Shown: positions 22,951-32,000 of the stretch, piece by piece
Layout: every line of letters begins with the position of its first letter
Position numbering within the stretch: the stretch's first letter is position 1
Source: Thermococcus kodakarensis KOD1
GTDB lineage: Archaea; Methanobacteriota_B; Thermococci; Thermococcales; Thermococcaceae
Length of the DNA stretch: 32,000 nucleotides
Reading direction: 5' to 3'
Assembly (NCBI RefSeq): GCF_000009965.1
Contig: NC_006624.1
Location: forward strand, 2,056,738-2,088,737
Notes under the pieces: model-generated
Seen by the model: the letters and a program-made list of their open reading frames with translations, nothing else
What the model was told of the DNA's origin: nothing
Database searches by the model: none
Translations under genes and position numbers: made by a program

Positions 22951-24792
22951 ATGGAGGCAGTGAAGAAGGACGTGATCCAAGAATACGCTGGCTGGAAAAG
23001 TCTGGACGTGCTCGAAAACGCCAACCGCTATCCAGGTCCGACGGGGTTCTTCGCCTACGTCATGGAGGAGGCCCTGAAGGAGAGCACGGCCTTGGTTCCA
23101 GAGGACGGGAGGAAGGCGCACTTCTCGGGGGAGGTCTACATCCACAAGCTCCCTTACAGCCTGTACATACCCTACTGCTCTGGCCACAGCACCTCAAGGC
23201 TGCTCAAAAAGGGGCTGAGAACTCCGACGATAACTTCTAGACCAGCCAGGCACTTCGACACCTACGTTGACCACATAGCGAACTACCTCATAACCATGCA
23301 GCACTACTTCAGCGGCGCTCAGGCTCTCTCAAGCGTCGAGTGGTACGCGGGGCCCTTCATAAGAAAGGACGGTCTGAGCAGGGAGAAGATACGCCAGCAC
23401 GTTCAGAGGCTCGTCTACAACCTCAACTACCCGAGCAGGGTCGGGATGCAGACGCCTTTTACAAACTTCACCGTGACCCTCGACGCTCCCAAGGAGATGC
23501 TCACGGGCGATATGGCTGTCTACGACGGGAAGGAGGTTGGCCCGCTCGGGGGCTACGAGAGGGAAGCAAAGGAGTTCTTCCTGGCTCTGGTTGACGTTCT
23601 CAGGGAGGGCGATGCTAAGGGCCAGCCCTTCACCTTCCCGATACCAACGATAATGGGAACCGCGAAGATGCTCTGGGACGATCCCGAGGTGTTCGAGCCC
23701 GTTTTCACGACGGCTGCGAAGAGGGGGAGCTTCTACTGGCTCAACACGAACGTGGTTGACCCAGATGCGAGCTACTCGATGTGCTGCAGGATAAACATAG
23801 ACAAGAGGGAGTTCGCATTCGCCTTCAGCGCTTCCCCAAAGAGCGCCGAGGAGGAGGCGATGGAGATGCTTGAGAGACAGCGCTTTGGTGGCCTCTGGGC
23901 GATGCCAGACGTAACCGGTTCTGTGAACGTCACAACGGTTAACCTGCCGAGGCTCGCGCTGAAGGCGGGGGACGACGATAGGTTCTGGGAGGAGTACGCC
24001 AGAATCCTCGAAACCGTCAGAAAGACTACCGACTGGTTCAGGGAAAGGTACGTGAAGCTGCTGACGAACTACCGCGAGATGTACAGCATGATACACACAT
24101 ACCTTGAGGAGTTCCCGTCAAGCCACTTCAACACCATCGGAATCCTCGGCCTTCCCGAGGCAGCGGCGGTATACCTCAACGAGCCCGATCTGTGGAAAGA
24201 GGGCTCAAGGGCCGAGTGGATGAAGGCCGCGAAGCTGATGAAGAGGATGGTGGAGTTCGCAGTCGAAAAAGCTAGGGAGTGGATGAGGGAGAGCGGAATT
24301 CCCTGGAACGTTGAGGAAGTCCCCGGAGAGAGCGCCGCGGCAAAGCTCGCCATTAAAGACCTGCGCGAGTTCCCGGAGCTGAGGGATTACCTCGACGACC
24401 CCGAGAACCCGATATACTCAACGAGCATCGCCCCCTACTACGGGCCGATTGAGCTGGCCGACAGGATTAGGATCGAGGAAGAAGTCCAGGGGAGCTTCAC
24501 GGGAGGAGTCATGATGCACATCTTCCTTGGAGAGGAGCCCGACCCAGAGGCGCTGGCGAAGCTCACCAAAAGGCTCCTGAGGACGAAGCTGGTCTACTGG
24601 AGCTACACACCTGCAGTAACGGTCTGCAATGCCTGCGGGAGGTCATCAACGGGACTCCACACGGCTTGCCCCCACTGCGGGAGCGAGGACGTCGAGGTCT
24701 GGAGCAGAATCATAGGCTACTACCGCCCGCTCAAGAACTGGAACCCCTACAGGAAGAGGGAGTTCTGGAGCAGGAGGCACTACTCCTCCTGA
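22951..24792 (+). CDS. nrdD: Anaerobic (class III) ribonucleoside-triphosphate reductase, no ATP-cone
   Basis: The C-terminal Zn site is CNACG...CPHCG, followed by the glycyl-radical motif SRIIGYYRP. An activase gene lies downstream. ATG 22951 follows AGGTG. Confidence 0.9.
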   Translation: MEAVKKDVIQEYAGWKSLDVLENANRYPGPTGFFAYVMEEALKESTALVPEDGRKAHFSGEVYIHKLPYSLYIPYCSGHSTSRLLKKGLRTPTITSRPARHFDTYVDHIANYLITMQHYFSGAQALSSVEWYAGPFIRKDGLSREKIRQHVQRLVYNLNYPSRVGMQTPFTNFTVTLDAPKEMLTGDMAVYDGKEVGPLGGYEREAKEFFLALVDVLREGDAKGQPFTFPIPTIMGTAKMLWDDPEVFEPVFTTAAKRGSFYWLNTNVVDPDASYSMCCRINIDKREFAFAFSASPKSAEEEAMEMLERQRFGGLWAMPDVTGSVNVTTVNLPRLALKAGDDDRFWEEYARILETVRKTTDWFRERYVKLLTNYREMYSMIHTYLEEFPSSHFNTIGILGLPEAAAVYLNEPDLWKEGSRAEWMKAAKLMKRMVEFAVEKAREWMRESGIPWNVEEVPGESAAAKLAIKDLREFPELRDYLDDPENPIYSTSIAPYYGPIELADRIRIEEEVQGSFTGGVMMHIFLGEEPDPEALAKLTKRLLRTKLVYWSYTPAVTVCNACGRSSTGLHTACPHCGSEDVEVWSRIIGYYRPLKNWNPYRKREFWSRRHYSS

Positions 24793-24809
24793 TTTTTGGA
24801 GGTGGTTCC

Positions 24810-25520
24810 GTGCTCACAAGCGGCTGGAAGAGCGTCAGCATGGTCGATGTACACGGGAAGGTGACCTTTACCCTCTGGCTCTGCGGCTGCAATCTGAAGT
24901 GCCCTTTCTGCCACAACTGGCTGATAGCGGAGGGTAAGGAGTGCTTCCCCCTCGATAGAGGTGCTCTCCTCGGCGACTTGTCCTCAAGCTCCTTCCTAGT
25001 GGACTACTTCCACATAACCGGCGGCGAGCCACTGATGCAGTGGGCCGAGCTGTCATCCCTGCTCGCGGAAGCCAAGGAACTCCTCCCCATCAGTCTCAAC
25101 ACCAACCTCACGCTCTTGAAACCCCTGGAGAGACTCCTGAAGGCGGAGCTGGTTGACCACATAGCGACCGACCTGAAGGCCCCTCCTGCTGAGCTCTACG
25201 GCCTCCCAGGGGAAGCATCAAAGCGCCTCTGGGAGCTTTTCCTTATGGGCCTTGAGTTAATCTCGGACTACGGCATCCCCTTGGAGCTAAGGATACCCGT
25301 GGCCAGAGGGCTCGACCAGTGGCCGTGGATAGAGGAGGGGCTTAAGCACGTTGACACGGACTTTTACGCTGTCCTGAACCCCCTCGTGGGCCCACCTTTG
25401 ACCAGCCCCAGAAATGGAGCCTGGTGCTCGGAGCACTGCTGGCCTGAGAGAGAAGTGGAAGGTCTGAAGGAGAGGCTGGGAGAAATTGGGATTAGAACCT
25501 ACGTGAACCGCTTTGCTTGA
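24810..25520 (+). CDS. nrdG: Anaerobic RNR activating enzyme (radical SAM)
   Basis: The cluster motif is CGCNLKCPFCHN. GTG 24810 follows the GGAGGTGG SD. The earlier part of the track ORF (from 24666) overlaps the nrdD 3' end out of frame and is rejected. Confidence 0.85.
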   Translation: MLTSGWKSVSMVDVHGKVTFTLWLCGCNLKCPFCHNWLIAEGKECFPLDRGALLGDLSSSSFLVDYFHITGGEPLMQWAELSSLLAEAKELLPISLNTNLTLLKPLERLLKAELVDHIATDLKAPPAELYGLPGEASKRLWELFLMGLELISDYGIPLELRIPVARGLDQWPWIEEGLKHVDTDFYAVLNPLVGPPLTSPRNGAWCSEHCWPEREVEGLKERLGEIGIRTYVNRFA

Positions 25521-25539
25521 CTTTTTCATTTCCTTTTTG
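25521..25539 (+). terminator. Oligo-T terminator region after nrdG
   Basis: CTTTTTCATTTCCTTTTTG has two T5 runs directly after the stop. Confidence 0.5.
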
Positions 25540-25541
25540 AG

Positions 25542-25898
25542 TCACAGGAGCTTTAAGTGCCCAGTCACCTTGTCCACGACCTCTTCTGGCCCGGGCCCGA
25601 TGGCGAGAACCGTTACAGTCCCGGGTGGAATTTCCGTCAGCCCTGCGTCCTTTATCAGGGCCGTTGGAAGTCCGAGCTTCTCTGCCTCCGCTTTCAGCTT
25701 AAACAGCTCCTCCAGGTTTTCAGCCTTGACGACGACCTTCTTCTGTCCCTCGTGGAACCATGCCTTGAACCACTCGGGCTTTTCCTTCTGGGCTTTTATC
25801 GCGGCAGTAACGGCCCCGTGGGCAACCTGGACGGCGAACTTCCCCTTGCTGAGCTTGAGGTCTTTTCTAGCCACTATAACCTGCTTGTACTTGAACAT
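25542..25898 (-). CDS. pth2: Archaeal-type peptidyl-tRNA hydrolase (Pth2)
   Basis: [30 protein letters not shown]...[19 protein letters not shown] is the Pth2 family pattern. Confidence 0.9.
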   Translation of the reverse strand: MFKYKQVIVARKDLKLSKGKFAVQVAHGAVTAAIKAQKEKPEWFKAWFHEGQKKVVVKAENLEELFKLKAEAEKLGLPTALIKDAGLTEIPPGTVTVLAIGPGPEEVVDKVTGHLKLL

Positions 25899-25910
25899 GA
25901 CAACCACCCT

Positions 25911-26630
25911 TCAGGTCTTTTCTTCGGGGAGATATCCGAACTTTCTCAAGATGTGCTCTATGGCCTCCGCACCTCCTTCCCCATAGGGCTTAGTCGTCAC
26001 GTAGTCAGCTTTTTCCTTGAGGCTTTCTGGGGCCTGTGCAACTGCAACCCGATAACCAACGACTCCAAATGCGTCGAGGTCGTTTTCCCCGTCACCGATG
26101 TGGGCGACTTCCTTTGGCGAGATGCCCAAATACTCGCAGGCCTTCTCTATCCCGGTCCCCTTGTTTATCCAGGGCTTCTTTATGTGGATTGCAAAACCAG
26201 AATCAACGGCGATGAGATTGAGTCCAAGTTCCTTTATGAGCTCCCTCACGGCTTTCACAGGAACAGTCCTGAGCACGACGAGGCCGGCTTTCCTCTCGGG
26301 CATTGAGAAGCTCAAGAGAGCCTCGGGATACCTCTTTTTCAGCTCGCCCCAGAGTATCCACTCCTCGTCCATGTTGGTCAGGTAGACCCTCTTTCTGAGC
26401 TTTCCTTCCTTAATCGAGAGCGCTCCCCCGTCCTCTCCAACAACGGGTCCGCTCGTCCCTATTAGTATCGCCGCCGCCTCCCCGAATTGGACTGTGTTTC
26501 CTGTAACCAGCATTACGGGTACTCCAAGGCTTTCTGCGAGCCTTATTGCCTCGAGGGCCTTCTCGTGAAGACGCCGGTCGGGATAGGTTATCGTGCCGTC
26601 TATGTCGACAGATATTGCCTTTATTGTCAT
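25911..26630 (-). CDS. HAD-superfamily (Cof-type) phosphatase, phosphoglycolate-phosphatase-like
   Basis: HAD motif I VDIDGTIT, motif [12 protein letters not shown]. It closely resembles my recollection of the Pyrococcus/Thermoplasma phosphoglycolate phosphatase. Confidence 0.8.
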   Translation of the reverse strand: MTIKAISVDIDGTITYPDRRLHEKALEAIRLAESLGVPVMLVTGNTVQFGEAAAILIGTSGPVVGEDGGALSIKEGKLRKRVYLTNMDEEWILWGELKKRYPEALLSFSMPERKAGLVVLRTVPVKAVRELIKELGLNLIAVDSGFAIHIKKPWINKGTGIEKACEYLGISPKEVAHIGDGENDLDAFGVVGYRVAVAQAPESLKEKADYVTTKPYGEGGAEAIEHILRKFGYLPEEKT

Positions 26631-26679
26631 TTATCTCACCCGGAAAATGAGGGAGAAGCTCCCAATAAAAGGGTTCCCA

Positions 26680-27930
26680 TCAGTGATCTTTCATGATTTC
26701 CCTGAGAACGCTCGTGGCGTATGTTCCCTTCGGCAGGAAGAAGCGGAAGCACATTCCCTCCTCCTGGATGTACCCATAGGCCATCCCCATGGGCCTCAGT
26801 AGGAGCTCTCTTCTCCCGCCAGGTTCGGCCATAGGCTTCGGCAGCCTCCTGAAGGTTTCGAGGCTTAGGCCCTCTTCCTCAAGTATTTCTTTCTCAAGCT
26901 CTCCTGGAAGGCCCTTTGCCCTCCTCATCGCGAACCCAAAGAGCGGACCTGAAACCATAGCTTGGTTCTTCCTTACCTTTTCCCTCACGAACTCAAGGTT
27001 GGTCTCAGTTACGCGGTAAGTCCTGTCCCTGTATGGAATTCCTCCCTTGACCTGCACCACTATGTCACCGACGAGGGGTTCGTTCAGGGGCAGGCCCTCT
27101 TCAATCCTCCTCGAGAGGTAGAGGTTGAAGAGGTAGCTCTGGTAGGCGTGGATGAATATGCGCATTATTGGGAGCGGAAGGCTGAGAAAGGCCCTCTTCC
27201 AGTTCCCAGTATCTTTGTACCTGTGGAGGAGCGTTCTTTCATACCTCAGAAAGCCCGGGAACTCCTCAAGCGCCCTCTCAACGTCTCCGGTCTCCCAGAA
27301 GTTCTTTCTGGCTTCATCTCCTTCCATGCTTCCATCGTGCGCCCCTAAGAAGAGCCTCGCAGCTCCTTCAAAGTCCCCCTGAAGGAGCAGTTTGCCTATT
27401 ATGTGGTTTACTACCCTCCTTTCTCCGAACCTCTGGTAGCCGAAGTAGTTGGGGAAGCCGCCCTTCTCCCTGAGCTCCCGCACTATTTCCTTAGTCCTAT
27501 CAAAGGCATCTTCGCTGACATCTCTAACTATTATCCTGAACCTGTTGCCGAGAAGATGTCCGAGCTTGATGAACCTGCCGTAGGAGACGAAGCGCAGTTC
27601 AATGTCCCTGATACTCACCTGCTCAACCCTTTCCCTGGCCTCGGCCGGCACGCTTATGTACTGGTAGGTGACCGCGTGCCTGTCCTTCGTTCCAGCGAAG
27701 CCGATTTCCCTGTAGTTTATCCCTGCCCTCTTGGCTATTTCCTTCACTGCCGCCATCGTCTCCCAGTTCCGCTTCTTGAGGAGGAAGATGGCGTACTTCC
27801 TTCCTTCAAAGATTGAAGGGATAGGCTCTTCTATTACAATGAAGTCCTCGGGGTAAATTTTTATCTTCCCGCCTATCCCAGGCTTCTCGCTGAGGTGCTT
27901 GAATTGGGAGAAGAACTCGCGGTAGTCCAT
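26680..27930 (-). CDS. truD: tRNA pseudouridine synthase TruD/Pus7 family
   Basis: The catalytic motif is [16 protein letters not shown] 27930 (GGTGA 5 nt upstream) is preferred over GTG 27939. Confidence 0.9.
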
Positions 27931-27988
27931 CCCTATCACCGCTCTATCGTTCCCGTTGCCATTGCGGTGGTTGGCTTTTAATCATTAC

Positions 27989-28005
27989 CGAAAACTTTAT
28001 AAATA
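27989..28005 (+). promoter_or_regulatory. BRE/TATA of the thermosome promoter
   Basis: CGAAAAC-TTTATAAATA. It implies a TSS near 28022-28030 and a leader of about 65 nt. Confidence 0.55.
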
Positions 28006-28054
28006 GCACAAAAGAACAATAGCGCGGAAAACACGAATTGTAACTAAAACTCAT

Positions 28055-28080
28055 CCACCCTCAAAAACAAAAAAGGGTGG
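28055..28080 (+). promoter_or_regulatory. Leader hairpin CCACCCT-(12 nt A-rich loop)-AGGGTGG upstream of the thermosome start
   Basis: A 7-bp perfect stem. The 3' arm is part of the G-rich SD-like tract GGGTGGGGGTGAGGGG. Confidence 0.35.
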
Positions 28081-28092
28081 GGGTGAGGGGAG

Positions 28093-29733
28093 ATGGCCCA
28101 GCTCGCAGGCCAGCCAGTTGTTATTCTGCCCGAGGGAACCCAGAGGTATGTTGGAAGGGACGCCCAGAGGCTCAACATTCTTGCTGCCAGGATTATAGCC
28201 GAGACGGTTAGAACCACCCTCGGTCCAAAGGGAATGGACAAGATGCTCGTTGACAGCCTCGGCGACATCGTCATCACCAACGACGGTGCAACCATTCTCG
28301 ACGAGATGGACATCCAGCACCCTGCTGCTAAGATGATGGTTGAGGTTGCTAAGACTCAGGACAAGGAGGCCGGTGACGGAACCACCACTGCCGTTGTCAT
28401 CGCCGGTGAGCTTCTGAGGAAGGCTGAGGAGCTTCTCGACCAGAACATTCACCCGAGCATAATCATCAAGGGTTACGCCCTCGCGGCAGAGAAAGCCCAG
28501 GAAATACTCGACGAGATAGCCAAGGACGTTGACGTCGAGGACAGGGAGATTCTCAAGAAGGCCGCGGTCACCTCCATCACCGGAAAGGCTGCCGAGGAGG
28601 AGAGGGAGTACCTCGCTGAGATAGCAGTTGAGGCCGTCAAGCAGGTTGCCGAGAAGGTTGGCGAGACCTACAAGGTCGACCTCGACAACATCAAGTTCGA
28701 GAAGAAGGAAGGTGGAAGCGTCAAGGACACCCAGCTCATAAAGGGTGTCGTCATCGACAAGGAGGTCGTCCACCCAGGCATGCCGAAGAGGGTCGAGGGT
28801 GCTAAGATCGCCCTCATCAACGAGGCCCTCGAGGTCAAGGAGACCGAGACCGACGCCGAGATCAGGATCACCAGCCCGGAGCAGCTCCAGGCCTTCCTTG
28901 AGCAGGAGGAGAAGATGCTCAGGGAGATGGTCGACAAGATCAAGGAGGTCGGCGCGAATGTCGTCTTCGTCCAGAAGGGCATTGACGACCTCGCCCAGCA
29001 CTACCTTGCCAAGTACGGCATAATGGCCGTTAGAAGGGTCAAGAAGAGCGACATGGAGAAGCTCGCCAAGGCCACCGGCGCCAAGATCGTCACCAACGTC
29101 CGCGACCTCACTCCGGAGGACCTCGGTGAGGCCGAGCTCGTCGAGCAGAGGAAGGTCGCCGGCGAGAACATGATCTTCGTCGAGGGCTGCAAGAACCCGA
29201 AGGCCGTCACAATACTCATCAGGGGCGGCACCGAGCACGTCGTTGATGAGGTCGAGAGGGCCCTTGAGGACGCCGTCAAGGTCGTCAAGGACATCGTCGA
29301 GGACGGCAAGATCGTCGCCGCCGGTGGTGCTCCGGAGATCGAGCTCGCCATCAGGCTCGACGAGTACGCGAAGGAGGTCGGCGGCAAGGAGCAGCTCGCC
29401 ATCGAGGCCTTTGCCGAGGCCCTCAAGGTCATCCCGAGGACCCTCGCCGAGAACGCCGGTCTCGACCCGATCGAGACCCTCGTTAAGGTCATCGCCGCCC
29501 ACAAGGAGAAGGGACCGACCATCGGTGTTGACGTCTTCGAGGGCGAGCCGGCCGACATGCTCGAGCGCGGCGTTATCGCCCCGGTCAGGGTTCCGAAGCA
29601 GGCCATCAAGAGCGCCAGCGAGGCTGCCATAATGATCCTCAGGATCGACGACGTCATCGCCGCCAGCAAGCTCGAGAAGGACAAGGAGGGCGGCAAGGGC
29701 GGTAGCGAGGATTTCGGAAGCGACCTTGACTGA
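28093..29733 (+). CDS. Thermosome (group II chaperonin) subunit; matches my recollection of CpkB
   Basis: 546 aa. [10 protein letters not shown], the ATP motif GDGTTTAVV, and VAAGGAPE are present. The C-terminus is a Gly/Lys/acidic tail. Confidence 0.97.
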   Translation: MAQLAGQPVVILPEGTQRYVGRDAQRLNILAARIIAETVRTTLGPKGMDKMLVDSLGDIVITNDGATILDEMDIQHPAAKMMVEVAKTQDKEAGDGTTTAVVIAGELLRKAEELLDQNIHPSIIIKGYALAAEKAQEILDEIAKDVDVEDREILKKAAVTSITGKAAEEEREYLAEIAVEAVKQVAEKVGETYKVDLDNIKFEKKEGGSVKDTQLIKGVVIDKEVVHPGMPKRVEGAKIALINEALEVKETETDAEIRITSPEQLQAFLEQEEKMLREMVDKIKEVGANVVFVQKGIDDLAQHYLAKYGIMAVRRVKKSDMEKLAKATGAKIVTNVRDLTPEDLGEAELVEQRKVAGENMIFVEGCKNPKAVTILIRGGTEHVVDEVERALEDAVKVVKDIVEDGKIVAAGGAPEIELAIRLDEYAKEVGGKEQLAIEAFAEALKVIPRTLAENAGLDPIETLVKVIAAHKEKGPTIGVDVFEGEPADMLERGVIAPVRVPKQAIKSASEAAIMILRIDDVIAASKLEKDKEGGKGGSEDFGSDLD

Positions 29734-29738
29734 AGCCC

Positions 29739-29757
29739 TTTGATTTCTTTTCTCTTC
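29739..29757 (+). terminator. Oligo-T terminator region after the thermosome gene
   Basis: TTTGATTTCTTTTCTCTTC starts 6 nt after the stop. Confidence 0.45.
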
Positions 29758-29838
29758 AAATTTGTGTTCTTATTTGAGAATCTGCTCTTCTCTGGTCAGG
29801 TAGTTCAGGGCTGTGGTTAGTGGGATGTTAAAGTCGTT

Positions 29839-31191
29839 TTACCTCTTCAGCTTCGCTATGAAGAAGCTGTTGCAGTCGTGCCTGTGCGTCCAGGCCCTGA
29901 AAACCTTATCCCCTATATCCAGAAAGCCCCTATCGCCCCAGCTGAAGGGATAATCCAACAGTTCGAGGCCGACCCTGTTAATAGCAAAGAGAACGTTCTC
30001 CTCATCCTCATCAATCCTTATTGAACAGGTAGAATAAGTCATCTCACCTCCTTCTCTGAGGTTCTCGTAGGCGTTCCTCAGCATGTTCCTCTGGACGCTG
30101 ATAATCTTCTTTATCTTCGCCTCGTCGAAGCGCCACTTCACCTCTGGAAACTGGCGGTATGTTCCTGATGACGAGCAAGGGGCGTCGAGGATTATCTTAT
30201 CGAACTTCTCTTTATCTCTGAAGCTCTGGCCGTCGGCGTGGACGAAGCGGACGTTCTTAACGCCAAGAACCTTCGCCTTCTCCTTCATGCGCATAAGCCG
30301 GTCGTAGGAGTAGTCAACGGCCACAATTTCTCCCTTGTTCTCCATCAGCGCCGCGGCGTGGAAGGTCTTTGAGCCAGGAGCTGCCGCCAGATCGAGCAAC
30401 CTCTCCCCAGGCTCTGGAGAAAGGACATGAGCGACGTAAGCCGAAGCTAAATCCTGAATCACGAACTTGCCCTCTTTGTACCAGTCAAGCCTCGTGACGG
30501 GTGTTTTGTACTCAAGAACCTTTAAAACGTCTGGAACTGGGGTTAGTGCAGTCCTAACGCCGTTCTCCTCAAGGTAGTCGCGGAGGGAATCAATGTCCGT
30601 CTTTAGCGTGTTGGCCCTCACGTAATACCTCTGGGGCCGGTTGTTGCTGAGGAGGAGCCTTACGGCCTCGTCGTAGCCGAAGAGGTTTATAACGTACTCC
30701 ACATACCAGCGGGGGTGGGAAAAGCGAACGGAGAGCCACTCAATTCTGTCCTTCTCTTTGAGTCTCTTTAAGGCCCTCTCTACGTCGAACTTCTCTATCT
30801 CGTGCATTAGGGCGTTTACGAACTTGGCTCTGGAGAAGTCGAACTTCTCCTTTACAACCCTGACTATCGAGTCCGTCGCCAGGGCGGGCGGCACTTTGCG
30901 GAAGTGTATTTCGAAAGTCCCTATACGGAGAAGGTTCGCAAGATAGGGGTCAAGGTCTTCAACCTTTGAACCCTTGAGAACTGAGTTTATTATGAAGTCT
31001 ATTTTCGCGCGCCACTTCTCGATCTCGAAGACGTAGGCATGGGCCAAACCGCGCGCCTTCTCGCGGTCTCTCCCGGCTACCTTCTTAAAGACCCTCTCAA
31101 GGGCGTGCTTCGATGACAGCTCACGCTCCTCCACAAGCATGAGCGCATCAGCCACAACTTCCTGAAAGCTCACGCGGTAAAACAGCTCCAT
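29839..31191 (-). CDS. NOL1/NOP2/Sun-family RNA cytosine-C5 methyltransferase with an N-terminal NusB-like domain
   Basis: SAM motif DLAAAPGSKT, catalytic DAPCSSSGT and YSTCS. Confidence 0.85.
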   Translation of the reverse strand: MELFYRVSFQEVVADALMLVEERELSSKHALERVFKKVAGRDREKARGLAHAYVFEIEKWRAKIDFIINSVLKGSKVEDLDPYLANLLRIGTFEIHFRKVPPALATDSIVRVVKEKFDFSRAKFVNALMHEIEKFDVERALKRLKEKDRIEWLSVRFSHPRWYVEYVINLFGYDEAVRLLLSNNRPQRYYVRANTLKTDIDSLRDYLEENGVRTALTPVPDVLKVLEYKTPVTRLDWYKEGKFVIQDLASAYVAHVLSPEPGERLLDLAAAPGSKTFHAAALMENKGEIVAVDYSYDRLMRMKEKAKVLGVKNVRFVHADGQSFRDKEKFDKIILDAPCSSSGTYRQFPEVKWRFDEAKIKKIISVQRNMLRNAYENLREGGEMTYSTCSIRIDEDEENVLFAINRVGLELLDYPFSWGDRGFLDIGDKVFRAWTHRHDCNSFFIAKLKR

Positions 31192-31271
31192 GAGAGGGCC
31201 TTTGAAAGTTGGCTTAAAAAGGTGGCGGTGAAGTTTATTAGGTTAAAAGTCTACCTATTGTAGGTGAGAGT

Positions 31272-31544
31272 ATGGAGGAGATAGACCGCATTGTGTTCAG
31301 CTTTCCCCTGTTCAAGGATTATCGCGAAAAGGAGCGGTTCCTCAAGGTAGTTGGTCTTCTGGTAAGTCATCAGATAACCTTTGAGAAAGCCGCCCAACTG
31401 CTCGGGATTAAGCTTGAGGAGCTCTCGTTTCTCCTCGACAAGCTCGGAGTCGAATACTCTTTCCTTGACGAAGAAGAGGCCGAGCTTGAGATCGAGGAAA
31501 TAAGAAGAGTAAGGGAGGAGCTGAAGCGTGAGGGTCGTCTTTAA
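31272..31544 (+). CDS. UPF0175-family putative antitoxin
   Basis: 90 aa. The pattern VSHQITFEKAAQLLGIKLEELSFLLDKLGV is HTH-like, as in UPF0175 proteins. It overlaps the next gene by 17 nt. Confidence 0.7.
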   Translation: MEEIDRIVFSFPLFKDYREKERFLKVVGLLVSHQITFEKAAQLLGIKLEELSFLLDKLGVEYSFLDEEEAELEIEEIRRVREELKREGRL

Positions 31545-32000
31545 TTCCTCTCCGATTATTGTCCTCGGAAAACTTGGCTACCTTGAGAAGGCAGTTGAAC
31601 TTTTTGGCGAGGTTTTCATCCCCAAAGCAGTGGCCGATGAAATCAACGTGAGAGAAGATGAAGTTACTTCACTGCTCTCCCGGCTCATTGCAGAGGGCAA
31701 AATATCCTTAGAAACTGTCGAGGATACGTCTCCATTCGAATATCCTGGACTCCATGCAGGAGAAATTGAAGTTATTGGTCTGGCTAAGAGGCTCAACGCG
31801 GTAGCTATCCTGGATGATCTAAAAGCCAGAAAAGCCGCAAGGCTTGAGGGCCTGCGGGTTATGGGGACGGTTGCAGTTTTGCGCCTACTCAAAGATGCCG
31901 GTTTTATAACGGAGAAAAATGGGGAGCTATTACGATCTCTCCTTGATGTGGGGTTTAGAATAAAGCCTGGATTGTTCTACAAGATTATGGGGGATGAAAG
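31528..32000 (+). CDS. DUF3368 / PIN-like nuclease, putative toxin (3' end beyond the window)
   Basis: Absent from the ORF track; no stop codon occurs before the edge. My translation from GTG 31528 is MRVVFNSSPIIVLGKLGYLEKAVELFGEVFIPKAVADEINVREDEV...GLHAGEIEVIGLAKRLNAVAILDDLKARKAARLEGLRVMGTVAVLRLL. This is the typical DUF3368 pattern (SSPII.L.K.G...L, IP..V..E, D.KAR). Confidence 0.7.
   Translation, partial: MRVVFNSSPIIVLGKLGYLEKAVELFGEVFIPKAVADEINVREDEVTSLLSRLIAEGKISLETVEDTSPFEYPGLHAGEIEVIGLAKRLNAVAILDDLKARKAARLEGLRVMGTVAVLRLLKDAGFITEKNGELLRSLLDVGFRIKPGLFYKIMGDE

Noticed and set aside
22646-23240. ORFs of 71 aa (minus) and 154 aa (plus) in or across the nrdD upstream region
   Set aside because: They lie in AT-rich regulatory DNA, have no SD, and the plus-strand ORF runs out of frame into nrdD. 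Their composition is atypical for this proteome.
28051-29759. Very long antisense ORFs (483 aa and 252 aa) opposite the thermosome gene
   Set aside because: The translations are low-complexity (runs of L/D/V/G or S/A/T/L). They are what the reverse strand of a GAG/GAC/AAG-rich gene yields. The sense strand encodes an unmistakable chaperonin.
31578-31892. A 104-aa minus-strand ORF near the right edge
   Set aside because: It is the antisense shadow of the DUF3368 PIN-like gene, which the track missed because that gene has no stop codon in the window.

Overview
This is a densely packed chromosomal window from a hyperthermophilic euryarchaeon of the Thermococcales. I call 41 protein-coding genes (two truncated at the window edges) and one C/D-box sRNA. 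I found no rRNA, tRNA, CRISPR array, IS element or prophage. Calls rest on reading the supplied translations for family motifs and inspecting intergenic DNA by eye; no homology search or folding program was run.

Several proteins match sequences I recall from Thermococcus kodakarensis KOD1: type III RuBisCO, thermosome CpkB, histone HTkB, TFB2, Phr, PyrF, IPCT/DIPPS and myo-inositol kinase. The gene order fits roughly TK2268 to TK2306. This identification is from memory and unverified.

Gene content, left to right:
- Aminotransferase and Cgi121.
- A cdrS-like RHH gene, ftsZ, a Soj-type parA and a small RHH gene.
- An operon of wHTH, pyrF, PUA and ribL.
- Di-myo-inositol-phosphate genes (MIPS, IPCT/DIPPS), then Dph6.
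- An ABC ATPase plus a duplicated permease.
- An operon of myo-inositol kinase, C/D sRNA, Nudix and Mth938.
- gar1, tfb and a phosphoesterase.
- A histone and RuBisCO.
- phr, rps17e, DUF371, and an uncharacterized gene followed by a membrane protein.
- A TPR protein and a radical-SAM protein, divergent from nrdD-nrdG.
- pth2, a HAD phosphatase and truD.
- Thermosome and an NSUN methyltransferase.
- A UPF0175/DUF3368 toxin-antitoxin pair.

Most of the window is housekeeping. I did not find an unambiguous new multi-gene system.

The best leads:
1. A textbook C/D-box sRNA lies inside what the ORF track calls the Nudix N-terminus.
2. A full-consensus Phr heat-shock operator sits on the promoter of an uncharacterized two-gene operon, and a near-perfect autoregulatory one sits at phr.
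3. Two perfect TGGATAA-N-TTATCCA palindromes lie in the 300-bp nrdD control region.
4. A SegAB/ParFG-like ParA plus RHH pair is physically linked to cdrS-ftsZ.
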